A stretch of 64,000 nt of DNA from an uncultured Planctomycetota bacterium (GCA_963719315.1 CAVRBU010000002.1:1248001-1312000); one strand, 5' to 3'; shown: positions 11,273 through 21,717, numbered from the stretch's first letter. Notes: a model not told the origin generated them from the sequence alone. Translations and numbers: made by a program.

Positions 11273-11499
11273 GCCGTCTCAAAGCGTTTGGCCAAATGGG
11301 CGTGGACCTTGTTGCCGACGGAAATGGCAACGACGAAGTCGACCCCGGCGACTACGACGTGTGGAAGTCCCAATTCGGCCAATCCGCCGGAAGTGGTTCG
11401 GGCGCCGTGTCGGATGCGGCCGTCCCCGAACCGGCAACTCTGGTGCTGCTGATCCTGGCGGCGGCTGGCCGGTGTCTCCGGCGACGCCGGGCCACATAG
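11269..11499 (+). pseudogene. Orphan dockerin-like + PEP-CTERM tail
   Basis: ADGNGNDEVDPGDYDVWKSQFGQSAGSGSG...AAVPEPATLVLLILAAAGRCLRRRRAT*; no passenger domain. Confidence 0.8.
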
Positions 11500-11655
11500 C
11501 GTGTGCTGAGAAGTTGTTAGCGTGTGGGACTGCCAACAAACCACCGTCAAGAAACGGCCTGCGGCCCGCACCTGTGTGTTACGGCGATCGTGGCGAAGGC
11601 CCTCCGTCGCGCGTCCCAAAACTTGTCGAGCGGCAAGTGGGCGATAAGGGTTTCG
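11500..11655 (+). repeat. PEP-CTERM-associated non-coding element (copy)
   Basis: ...GACTGCCAACAAACCACCGTCAAGAAACGG...GCGTCCCAAAACTTGTCGA; aligns with rc 3860-4020 and rc 9595-9700. Confidence 0.7.
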
Positions 11656-11724
11656 TCGGCGCGTGTCGTTGCCACTACGCCCGGTGTGTGCGTCAGCAGA
11701 ATTCGTGTGATCGTTGCAAAAAGT

Positions 11725-12937
11725 TCAATATGCGTCCCAGATCGTGGCGGCAATATAGCGATCCCCTAGTGGTTCATCGTGAAAGTAGTAGACGGTCACG
11801 ACCTTGCCATCGGTTCGTTGCGCTGCTGCGGATAGCCGATGTCGCGTCCGCCGCCATTGCCACGGATAGAGCGCGCAGGCCCCCACGTGTGCCCGCCGTC
11901 GGAACTTAGTCTGGTACGCATTTCAAACGGCTCGGCTCGATAGCCGTAGGTCAAGCAGATACGCCCATCTTTCAGGCGAATCAAACTGGGCGGATTTCCT
12001 TCGCCCGTGTCATCGACGGCTGTTTGATCGTGCTTCCAAACCTTGCCGAGATCTAACGAACGATAGGTATCAATCCAACTTCGGTCGCCATCTCGGCAGC
12101 GAATGGCCGACAGCAGTTCGTTTGGGCCCAGTCGAATCGTCGAGGGCATGATGGCGTAGCCCGCGGCTCCTCAGCGATCCAGGAAGCAAACTGCCAGGTT
12201 TTGCCGCCGTCGGTGGTCCGCACGCTCAAGGGGCGCCCTTCGTGGCCATCGCGTTTGGCGGCGGTCAAAAACAAAAGGCAATCATGCTTGCCATTCACCA
12301 CATAGTCGGTGCGCACCGCAATCCCGGGCTGTCCGAATAACGGCAGGCGAAATGGGCCGCGCCAGGTGTGGCCGCGATCCGTGGAATAAGAAAATCGCGA
12401 GGGGCCGGCATCGGAATCCGTCATGCGAATCGTCATGGCGAAATTTGGGTCCGTGAAGTCGATGCCGCCGGGACAATCCTGCCAAGGACGTTCCTCGAGC
12501 CCTGGCGGCGTAATGCCGTGGAGCGCTGTGCCCACGGGAATCAGCGCGCCGTGCTTCGCCGGGTTCTCGATCGTCCACGTCTCGCCCCCGTCTAGGCTGC
12601 GAGCGAGCAGGTGCTCTTCGGGCCGGTCATGATCGATGGCGTGCCGACCGGGACCGTTGTCCTTGGAATATCCGGCGCTAAAACCTACCAGGATTTCGTT
12701 GCCCCATGACCAGATTCCGTGATTTGCAGGCCAGCCGCCGAAACGGCCCGGCTCGGCATAGACTTTTACATGTGTTGCCGCGTTGTGAGCTGACGGTTCC
12801 ACCCCAAACACATCCTGCGTGGTAAGTATGCATACGGTCAATGAGATAACATTCAGCAACACTCGTACGGGGAGCGATTCTCGATTGATTGAATCGCGAA
12901 ACATCCCATCCAGAACGTGGTCGCGGCTGCTCAACAT
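11725..12937 (-). CDS. Sialidase-like / BNR (Asp-box) repeat protein (frameshifts at ~12160 and ~11825)
   Basis: Asp-boxes SLDGGETW, STDRGHTW, TTDGGKTW, SLDLGKVW, SSDGGHTW; C-terminus DIGYP...DGKVVTVYYF...YIAATIW recovered in a shifted frame. Start uncertain. Confidence 0.8.
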
Positions 12938-13251
12938 TCGCTCAAAGGTAACCTATTCTCGGCCCTGCGGATTGGCCCTCGCTGAGTTTTGTCACGAATT
13001 GTCAACAACTCATACCTACCCTGAGACATGCCGCAAAAGGGCCGATTTTCGGAAGGAAACGGCATCCACCCCGAACCTTGCACGCCGGTCGCCCCCGCCG
13101 TTCGACCCCTCGTTCTGTGCGGACATGAATGCAGAGCGCATTCCCTAGATTCTGTCGTCGGCCTGATCGAGAGACTGGTCTCAATACTTCATTGAGCGAT
13201 TTGGCCGTCTGTGGCCATATCCCAAGAAGTTCGTTCGACAAACGAATACAC

Positions 13252-13270
13252 TAATATCAACGTGATATCA
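13252..13270. promoter_or_regulatory. Putative operator of the SPFH-Arc operon
   Basis: TAATATCA-acg-TGATATCA, two palindromic half-boxes 30 bp upstream of the start. Confidence 0.5.
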
Positions 13271-13300
13271 TGCCGATTCCACTCCCCATAGGAGCTTGCC

Positions 13301-14187
13301 ATGACCAAAGAGAAAGTCATCCACGTCACGAGCGGTTGGAACATGCTGGGCCTTAACTTGGGGCTGATACTTGGCGGCGCCATGCTTTCGATCGTTAGCC
13401 TGATTGCCGCCGGCTATACGGATGGCGCCGGGCGCTGGGACTGCTTATTAGCATTCCGCTCTCGATTGCCGGCGTGATCATGCTCTTCGGCCACTTCACC
13501 TTACAGCCCAACGAAGCCCGCGTGCTCACGCTATTTGGAACCTACGTTGGCACGGTGCGCGACAGCGGGTTCTTTTGGACTAACCCGTTCATGACCAAGG
13601 CCAAGCTTTCGCTCCGCACGCGAAACTTGGAGAGCCAGCGCCTGAAAGTAAATGACAAGCGTGGCAACCCGATCGAGATCGCCGCCGTGCTAGTGTGGAA
13701 CATTGCGGATACGGCACAAGCCTCTTTCGACGTGGACAATTACCTGGATTACGTGAAGATCCAGAGCGAGACAGCGGTACGGCACTTGGCCAACGAATAC
13801 GCCTACGATCATGGTGAAGAAGGCGAAACCACGTTGCGCAGCGGCCTCGACGAGGTCTCCAGCACGTTGCAAAAAGAACTCCAGGCGCGACTGACCAAGG
13901 CCGGCGTGATGGTGGAAGAGGCGCGGCTGACGCACCTGGCCTACGCGCCCGAGATCGCCGGCGCGATGCTGCGTAGGCAACAAGCCGAAGCGGTGATCGC
14001 GGCGCGGCAGAAAATTGTGCACGGGGCGGTAAGCATGGTAGAGATGGCCCTACACGATCTGGCTGAGAAACAAGTCGTCGAGCTGGATAACGATCGTAAG
14101 GTGGCGATGGTGAGCAATCTGTTGGTCGTGCTCTGCGGCGAGGCCGAAGCGCATCCGGTCATTAATGCCGGAACGCTCTACACTTGA
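13301..14187 (+). CDS. SPFH/band-7 domain membrane protein (frameshift at ~13430-13460)
   Basis: GGAG RBS and ATG at 13301; [42 protein letters not shown]. Confidence 0.9.
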
Positions 14188-14227
14188 CACTCGGTCCACT
14201 TCGGAAGCGAAAGGCGGGCCACGCGTC

Positions 14228-14440
14228 ATGAAAGAGCGCAAACCATTTTTGTTGCGGTTGGATCCGGCGCTCTACGAGTCATTGGAGCGTTGGGCGCAAC
14301 AGGAGTTGCGCAGCGTGAACGGGCAGATCGAGTTTCTATTGCGACAAGCAGTGAGCCAACACGAGCGCGGCAAGAAGACGTCAATCGAAAAGCAGAGCCC
14401 GGGGCCTGAGATGGGTCAATTGCCAGCAGAAAACCGGTGA
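14228..14440 (+). CDS. Arc-like ribbon-helix-helix DNA-binding protein
   Basis: [35 protein letters not shown]; usual partner of this SPFH gene. Confidence 0.85.
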   Translation: MKERKPFLLRLDPALYESLERWAQQELRSVNGQIEFLLRQAVSQHERGKKTSIEKQSPGPEMGQLPAENR

Positions 14441-14540
14441 GAGTTCGGGAAGAACGGTGCCAATACTTGGCAGTATCGCTTTAGCCAAATCGTTGGTGGA
14501 AACCGCCCCTTTTGCGCAACCCGTTGACGATCTGTACTTT

Positions 14541-14700
14541 CCGGCGATCGCGACTGATGCCTTAGCCGGACGTTTCAAAACTCATTGATGCGATAGCTTT
14601 TTGGCGCCGCTTTGACGTTCCGTAAACTCGACTCCGTGCGCGGCCTGACACTCGACGGCCATTCTGGCTGATAAAACGCCCGGCAAACCAACCGTTTTGG
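14541..14700 (+). repeat. Dispersed non-coding element (copy)
   Basis: Aligns over ~160 bp with rc 9485-9645; contains GTTTCAAAACTCATTGATGCG and AAACCAACCGTT. Confidence 0.75.
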
Positions 14701-14791
14701 CACAGTGCCGATGCGTGGTCGGTGTCATCCGGTTAGGTTTGCTTCGAACGGAAAGCTCGGTTTTGGAAACTTCGCACATCTCGCATACGCT

Positions 14792-15577
14792 ATGACAACT
14801 CCGAAGGCGTTAAATAAACGGGGGAAGCCTGCATGGCGACGGTGGGTTCGGCGGGGCTTCCTGATATGGGCTTCGATCTCCACATTGTGGCTCGCCAACT
14901 CATACCGAACTCGCGGACTCGCCAAAGACGTTTTGCAAAGCAGTCCAACTGTCTCCGTGGTGGATGGAGAGACAATGTTGCAATTCGTACCCACGTCGTC
15001 GGATTCAAAGCCCGGGCTAATCTTTATATGTGGTTCTGGGGTCTCTGCCCACGCATATGCTCCCATGCTTCGCCCCATAGCTGAAGCCGGACATGCCGTA
15101 TTTGTTGTCAAGTTGCCTTTTCGTTTTGCGCCGCTTGAATCACAAAAGCAAACGGCCGTCGACCGCGCGATTGGCGTACTTGGCTCTCACCCCGAGATAT
15201 CTCAATGGGTGATATCGGGGCACTCGCTTGGCGGCGCGCTGGCATGCCGGGCGGCGCAGTCTGATCCAAAGGCCTTTTCTGCATTGGTGCTCGTTGGCAC
15301 AACACATCCGAAGCAGGATGATTTGTCATCACTATCATTACCAATCACGAAGGTGTACGCGTCGAACGACGGCGTTGCGCCAATCGAGAAGGTTCTTTCC
15401 AACAAGAGACTGCTTCCGAAAGGTACGCAGTGGGTGGAGATCGCAGGAGGAAACCACTCCCAATTTGGTCATTACGGGCACCAGCTATTTGATGGGAAGG
15501 CAACCATCAGCCGTGAAATACAACAGACAGCCACGCGCTCGGCACTTCTTGACGCGCTGACTAAAGCCTCGCGATGA
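14792..15577 (+). CDS. Alpha/beta hydrolase
   Basis: GHSLGG nucleophile elbow, SNDG, GGNHSQFG. Confidence 0.9.
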   Translation: MTTPKALNKRGKPAWRRWVRRGFLIWASISTLWLANSYRTRGLAKDVLQSSPTVSVVDGETMLQFVPTSSDSKPGLIFICGSGVSAHAYAPMLRPIAEAGHAVFVVKLPFRFAPLESQKQTAVDRAIGVLGSHPEISQWVISGHSLGGALACRAAQSDPKAFSALVLVGTTHPKQDDLSSLSLPITKVYASNDGVAPIEKVLSNKRLLPKGTQWVEIAGGNHSQFGHYGHQLFDGKATISREIQQTATRSALLDALTKASR

Positions 15578-15589
15578 GGATGTCTAACG

Positions 15590-15726
15590 TGGCGCCGCAG
15601 TTTCCGGAGCTAGCGAGATTGCTGCTAATGAGTCGGCTCGCGGTTGTCGCCGGCAACCCCGTTCCGACGAATGGAGAATCCCAGCAACTCACCAACGCCT
15701 GACACAGGTCAAAAACGGACCGATTT
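15590..15726 (+). pseudogene. Highly degenerate PEP-CTERM tail plus downstream box
   Basis: gccgcagtt(t)ccggagctagcgagattgctgctaatg reads AAV-PELARLLLM, resembling AAVPEPATLVLLM. It is followed by GAGAATCCCAGCAACTCACCAACGCCTGACACAGGTCAAAAACGGACCGATTT (15674-15726). Confidence 0.6.
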
Positions 15727-15909
15727 AGACACGCCCCTGATATGTGGTTTCTAGTTGGGACCCGTCTCAACCATGGTCGTCGATCGAAACTGTGGGTCGC
15801 AGACCAAGCGTCGACCCGCTAACATGGCGAGTGATCATCGTCAGCGGAATTCCGATCCCGGTGTAAAAGTGCGAGTCCAATTGATCCGAATACCTAATGG
15901 AGTAGACTC

Positions 15910-16191
15910 TTGACGACCCGTGAAAGCGTACATGTCGAGCTATCGGCTCGAGATAGAACACTTATTCTGAAATACGGATACCCCTTTGATCGGATCGAGG
16001 CCGCAGTCCGTGCCAAAGAGAATAGTTCCAGCTTAGAGCTGGTTTCACTAGACAGATTCGAACTGCGGAACCTCATCGGCGATCTTACAACATCCATCAA
16101 GCAGATGGAGAATGACGGCCGCCAAGTTGAATTAGATGACCTGATTGATCGCCTTGAGTTCTCGGCGTCGGGTCGAATCTCAATGTTTTAG
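15910..16191 (+). CDS. Hypothetical protein
   Basis: 93-aa ORF with GGAG upstream of a TTG start; protein-like composition. Confidence 0.55.
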   Translation: MTTRESVHVELSARDRTLILKYGYPFDRIEAAVRAKENSSSLELVSLDRFELRNLIGDLTTSIKQMENDGRQVELDDLIDRLEFSASGRISMF

Positions 16192-16480
16192 AGTTCACCC
16201 GTATTTGCGGTGGCGGGAGAGCGCGCTGCGTTCCATCAAACCACCGTTTGTGACACGGTTGGGTCGGTTCATAACGAGCGGCAGCCTTGACGGCGCTGTG
16301 ACACCCAGCCAGTCCAACCGTTGCCTTGACTGACTTCCCACGCGTCCCGTCGGGTGGTTGCTAGGACGGATACCGCAAAGGTGGGGCGACCGCGAGCTTC
16401 AGCATGGTACCGACTGCCGCGAAAGGTAAGATTGATTGCCCCCATGAGTGGGCTGATCCACTTCAAGTACCGCCAAAGTT

Positions 16481-16579
16481 AAGATTCGTTTTTCAGATCG
16501 CGCCTGCCAAGATAACTCAGGTAGCTCCGGCCGAGAAAGGGCGGGGCTGTGGTTAGGATTTCCAATAGCATGGGGCCCC
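16481..16579 (+). repeat. ~100-bp degenerate direct repeat, copy 1 (copy 2 at 17839-17937)
   Basis: Shared ...atcgcg...gaaagg..cgggg.tgtggtt.ggatttcc.at..c.tggggcccc. Confidence 0.7.
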
Positions 16580-16770
16580 TGACAACAATTTAGTCGCACT
16601 CCGCGCCGCAACGCCGGTTCATTCAAGGATTTCAGGCAGCAGAGTTGTTTCCAGTTATTGTCAGACACAAACGGTTGCCCCATTGAGCGAAGTTCGCTCA
16701 CAACTGAAAGCGTGTGAGTGGCCGAATTGGCATGGCATCAATACACGGTAGCTTCAGGCTCTGCCTCTCA

Positions 16771-17073
16771 CTACTGAATCAATGCGTGCTCATTAGCGGT
16801 TACAAACGGGCACGGCCCGGTCGCCGGCAACGCACTCGTCTTGTCCGCTGTCAACCGACTCAACTCCTTCATCGCCCGATAGGCATCAGCGACTGAGGTT
16901 ACCGCTTCCACCCACGCTTGATTCATCGGGTCTGTCGACACTTTGCCGCGATCCTTATACATCTGTGGCATCAAGTGCCAGAGATCATCGCCAAAATCTG
17001 TAATCCGCTTTTCAAGCGTTGCGACCTTTCGGGCCATAGTCCGCTGTCGACCAGGCATACAGTTGCCTTTCAC
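16771..17073 (-). CDS. Hypothetical protein (mobile-element remnant)
   Basis: Helical 100-aa ORF; start may be 17037. Confidence 0.5.
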   Translation of the reverse strand: MKGNCMPGRQRTMARKVATLEKRITDFGDDLWHLMPQMYKDRGKVSTDPMNQAWVEAVTSVADAYRAMKELSRLTADKTSALPATGPCPFVTANEHALIQ

Positions 17074-17250
17074 ATTGCATGATCGTTAGAGGATCCGGAG
17101 GCGACGCGGCGAGAGGATTGCCATGCTGAGAATCCATTCTGTCTGAGATAAGTTCAGCACATCCAGTGCCGTGTGTATTTGTATCGTTGACAATTCGCGA
17201 GTTTTAGACAAGTGGTTGTGCACGTCGGCCGCGATCATCGAGAACGGCTG

Positions 17251-17763
17251 TCACCCGGCGGCTGTCGCTTCCTCCTCCGCGAACTGCTCGTCAAACTGAT
17301 CCAAATTCCTGAAGACCTTCAAGCTGCCCTGATTCCGCTTGCTCTCAAACTCCAATTGCCGCTTGTCGGGAATCGTTTTCACCATCCACGACTTCAAAAA
17401 CTCCTGATAAGCAGCCGGACTCTCCTGCACCGCTCGCAAATGCCACAACGCACCAGGGCTTGGCACTTCCTCCGGCTTGATGAGTTCGGGCGGGATGCCG
17501 ACGTAGTGGTACACCCATTCGGCTGTTTCGAGGATGGGACAGCGCTTCGTGCGGTCGATCGCGTGGGCAAGGCGGGCCCAGACTTCATCGCGTTTGGCGA
17601 GTACGGCAGCTTTCTCGACAGTGCTGCTGCCGGAAGCCCGAGTGTACATCATCCAGCTCGTATCTTCGGGTTCGATTGGTGGCGAAGCGTCGCCTAGCTG
17701 ATCGGCGACTGACAATCCTGACTGCGGCGCAGTTGCGCTCGCGATCAATTCTGGCGTTTTCAT
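17251..17763 (-). CDS. Hypothetical phage/satellite-like protein
   Basis: GGAGG RBS before MKTPELI; 170 aa with EVPSPGALWHL motif; lies in the att/iteron remnant region. Confidence 0.65.
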   Translation of the reverse strand: MKTPELIASATAPQSGLSVADQLGDASPPIEPEDTSWMMYTRASGSSTVEKAAVLAKRDEVWARLAHAIDRTKRCPILETAEWVYHYVGIPPELIKPEEVPSPGALWHLRAVQESPAAYQEFLKSWMVKTIPDKRQLEFESKRNQGSLKVFRNLDQFDEQFAEEEATAAG

Positions 17764-17838
17764 ACAGACCTCCTTGGCCGTGGATCTAGGAATGGAGTGC
17801 AAGGGCGACCCGGGGTGGGGCGCCCCCAATTCAAGAGA

Positions 17839-17937
17839 AAAATTAGTTTTCGATATCGCGTTCCCTCGGATAGATCGAGTCGATGGGACCGGAAAGGTGC
17901 CGGGGTGTGGTTCGGATTTCCGATGCCGTGGGGCCCC
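17839..17937 (+). repeat. ~100-bp degenerate direct repeat, copy 2
   Basis: Aligns with 16481-16579. Confidence 0.7.
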
Positions 17938-18118
17938 CCGGCACGTGCCTTCGTCGCTCGCTCAAAATTTTCTGTGGACGTATGTAGAAAGCTCGCGCCG
18001 ATCCAGTTTGCTCGCGCCGATCCAGAATCCTCGCTCGTATGCAGTGCCCTCGCTCCAATGCAGTATCGCCAAGTTACCTCGCGATTGGTTTTGGGCGTCG
18101 TCGTCATACGCTGGAGGG

Positions 18119-18455
18119 TCGTGGTCAGGCAATTGGGCAGTTCATGGGCAGGTAAAATCGCAGCAACTGCCCACCGTAAGTTGTTGCTGTGATTAGGGGT
18201 TAAGTGCTCGTGGTCAGGTTGGGCAGGTAATCCTTACATGAGAGAGACATAAATAAAACAAACTACAGCACTCCATTGCACAACGCCTCGCAAGTGACGC
18301 GCGTTGCGATCGACATCGTGCGACGCCGGGCAGGCTTTGCAATCGCGGGAAGGTTACGGGGCGGGCTTGGGGAGGGTGGAATAGTCGCAACCCGCCCCAA
18401 CTTATGTTGTTGTGAGCAAACACTCTTGAGTGCTTCGGGGCAAGTTGGGCGGGTT
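18119..18455. repeat. Iteron-like TGGGC(A/G)G cluster in both orientations
   Basis: tcgtggtcagg at 18119 and 18208; TGGGCAG at ~18134, 18145, 18220 and inverted at ~18167; aacccgcc(c)caactt / aagttgggcgggtt inverted pair at ~18389-18455. Confidence 0.55.
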
Positions 18456-18539
18456 TTGTGAACATGATCGGGCCGCAATAAGTCCAGAGAGCAACGGGTG
18501 GTGGATGCGGTCCATCATCGGGGCCGTAGATGGAAGGCG

Positions 18540-18746
18540 TCACGCTCGCATGATGGCCTCCAGGATTGAGGTTCGAACCGCAACCGACAGCGACGGCCAA
18601 GCTTCAACCACCCTACGGAGATTGGGGTCATTTGCGACGAAATCGGAAAAAACTGCACCGGTTTGTGCAGCGCTCGATCCGGAAGTTTGCGAATTCATCG
18701 AGGAATCCGCAGAATGTTCGCTTCCCTCATCGCCCACTTCCCCCAT
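18540..18746 (-). mobile_element. Integrative-element end with degenerate tRNA 3'-end (att-like) sequence
   Basis: + strand GTTCGcTTCCCTCATCGCCCAC (18716-18737) resembles a tRNA T-arm plus acceptor 3' strand. The minus ORF VGDEGSEH...DPNLRRVVEAWPSL resembles what follows planctomycete tRNA-targeting integrases. Confidence 0.55.
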
Positions 18747-18896
18747 GCCCGCTTGCGATCCCTTTCGCTTGCTCAGACTTGCATTGTTGGTCGCTGGCGC
18801 TTGAACTCAATCAACGCTCGCTGCCGAACTGCCGATTCCTGTCCAAGTCGAGTCCAATCGCGATGTCCGGCCCATTCTATCTTGTAAACCGTGCAT

Positions 18897-21525
18897 TCAG
18901 CCCACGACCTCGCGTGGAATCGCTGGATGCACGGCAATGAACACACCGCAAGGCGCATGTGCGACCAAATACGACATCCAATCTTCGCTCCCCTGTGTCG
19001 CGGGTTTCCAAGAAGGTGACGGCGCCGGCAACACGATCGCATCGTAATTGCCTTCTCGGCTAAAACGCTCGATCTCGATGCCCGTTTGCGGTTCTGCAGC
19101 GATTATGTTCAGCGGCCGCCCCAGTTGCGCGGCCCATTCTCGATCTTTCGCCAGCGTATCGTGTCCATTAGTGATCACCGGTTCAATCGTGGCGGCGCGA
19201 ACGATGCCGAGTTCGACCGTACTCGAAACCATCGTCAACAGCCATTCGAACACATCGCTGCTCATTTGCGTGCCATCGTGTACGAACAACACGCGCCGCA
19301 CGCCGATACCGGCATCGCGCAGCTCGGCCACCGAGCGGGCCCGACGTTCGACGGCTTTTGGAATGCGGTTGCCGCCATCCAGATCGAACGTCAAGTCGCG
19401 ATCCTGGCTGACGACGTGCACCGTCAATCCCTGTGGTGTGCCCCCGTGCAAGTTGATCCAATAAAATGCGATCTGATCGAGCTGCTCTTCGACCGTGTAC
19501 TTGTTCGAGGCCCCGACCAACACCTCTTGGCACGGCAAGTCCTTCGCGGTGTTCAGCACGGCGTGCAGCGCGTTATTCGTGGGTGCCAACAGCGGCGTAA
19601 CCGACTTGCCAAGCCGCTCTGCGTGATTGACCACTGCGGTCAAAAGTTGTTGATCGTAAGTGTCCAGCGGATCGCCGGCGGGTATGGCCGCGCCTGGCAG
19701 CTCGACCTTGGCCGTCATCACGACCACATCCGTCGTTTGCGGGTCGGTATCGGCAAGTGCCTTGTCGAGCATGAACAAATTGTGCGGCGAGCGAATCGCG
19801 ACCAGCTTGCAATACGGCCGCGTGAGTCCCAGGCTTTCCGCCGTGACGCTCTCCACGGCCTCGCGATTGAACTGTTCCACGTGCTCGTGGTGCGCGCCAC
19901 CGCGACGTTTTGAATGGTATTTCTCACTCGCGACGAAGATCGTGAGGAATACACCCGTAAAACTCAGGCCGCTGATCGTCGCGATGGGCTTGGTCGCCAA
20001 ATTCACCAGCGCTGACAAGAGGACGATCAGGAAAACGATCCCCAGGCCGATCGGCACGCGGACGGTGCCCCAATTCACATTCAGCGGCACATAAAACTCC
20101 CGCCGAGTGCGGTCTTTGAAACGCAACACGATCATCGATAGCGTCTTGAACACGAAACTCCACACGACGCCGAACGCGTAGGCCTCGCCCAGAAGTATCA
20201 CGTTTCCGCGGCTCGCCAGAATCGTAAATAATTGCAAACCCGCAATCAGGTACAGCAAACGATAGTTCGTGCCGAACCGAGGGTGGGGGCGGAGAAACCA
20301 GTCGGGCAACACGCCGTCTTCCGCCACGCGACTTAACACGCCGTTCGAGCCGACGATCGACGTGTTCACGGCGCCCGATAGAATCAGAAATCCGACGACT
20401 ACGACAAACGCATTGAGCAGCAACAGCAGCCACACCGGCCCGATCATTTGCATCGCCAGGCCGCCCGATCCAATTGTCGTAATACTGTTGCATCCGCTGG
20501 CTTTCGGGCACCATCAGCACGGCCAAGAAGTTGAACGTGCCGGTCAGCAGCAGGCTGTACACAAAGACAATGAATGCCGCCCGTTTGAAGTTGGGAAGTT
20601 TCGGAGATTCGACTTCGCGATACACTTGTGCCAATGTCTCTTCGCCACTCATCGCCAAGATTGAATGTCCGAAAGCGATGATTACGCCGATCACTCCAAC
20701 GAGGCTCCACCAATGCACTGGATTCCGCAATGGCTCGGCGATTGCTGGGAATCGGCCGAGCACCCCCAGCGGATCCTCTTGTTTACCCGTGATCGGATTG
20801 AGCTTGGGAACTAACCGGCCATCGGCGTCGATGTCCATCCGTTTGCTCAAGTCGGGCTGCCACGACGGCAGCGGATTGACGTGCCCGCGCACCGCGAGTG
20901 TCGCGCCCGACCAGGCCAGCATCACCACGGCCATCAGCGTCGTAGCCATCATGATCTTGAGAGCCTTGCCACTCGATTCATGAATGCCGAGCAAATTCTG
21001 TCTCAGGAAATATATCGTCACTAGGGCGGCTATGGTGACCGAGCCCCAAGCTTTGATGGCTGTGCGTAGCGATTCGTCAATTTCCACACCCGACACGCGC
21101 GCCACGGTTTCCAATATCAGACCGACGATGTATTGGCCGGCCGAAACGCCGCTGATCGGGCCCGTCAGCACATAATCGAAGAGCAGTGCCGATACCGAAA
21201 GCTTCGCCAAGAATCCGCCCAGCGCTTCCTTGACCACTCGATAGACACCACCGCGCACGAACAGCGCGCAGCTTTCGATGTACACCGCCCGCATCGCGTA
21301 GCTGAACAGCAGCACCGTCAGAATGAACCACGGTGCGGCTTTGCCGATTGCGTTCTCGACGATCGCGCCGATGTAATACACCGTGCTCGACATATCGCAC
21401 AGCACCACCGCTGCCGTGCGCCAGAACGATATGAACGTGAACATCACGCTGCTGACGACGACAATCTGCGCAGCGCGACCTGTCGACCGACCTGTCGGTT
21501 GGCCTTCCGAACTCGTAGATGCCAT
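18897..21525 (-). CDS. APC-family permease (YdaO/KimA-like) with C-terminal USP-like domains (frameshift at ~20460)
   Basis: Many TM helices, GGVYRVVKEALG, LAMSGEETLAQ, SGAVNTSIVGSNGVL; USP-like tail HAPCGVFI; preceded by a ydaO riboswitch. Confidence 0.88.
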
Positions 21526-21717
21526 GGAAGCGACCTGGGATGCTTGATCCCGAAAAAGCACTGCGGCGCTTGGCGCTTGATGGATGAATGCGCGAAGGAA
21601 CTGCCTCGGTATCTCGAGGCGTCATGTCGGGAATTTGCGGATCAATCGATCCGCACCGTCGCGGCGCACCATTCAGGAGAGCGGAAGTGCCTTTCAAATC
21701 GGCCCGGGCAACGCGCT

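Noticed and set aside
15582..15760. Integron attC site after the hydrolase (GTCTAAC)
   Set aside because: No matching palindromic arm or GTTRRRY; the following DNA is better explained as a decayed PEP-CTERM tail plus box.
18690..18745. Functional tRNA gene
   Set aside because: Only a degenerate 3' portion; no D or anticodon arms or 5' acceptor strand.
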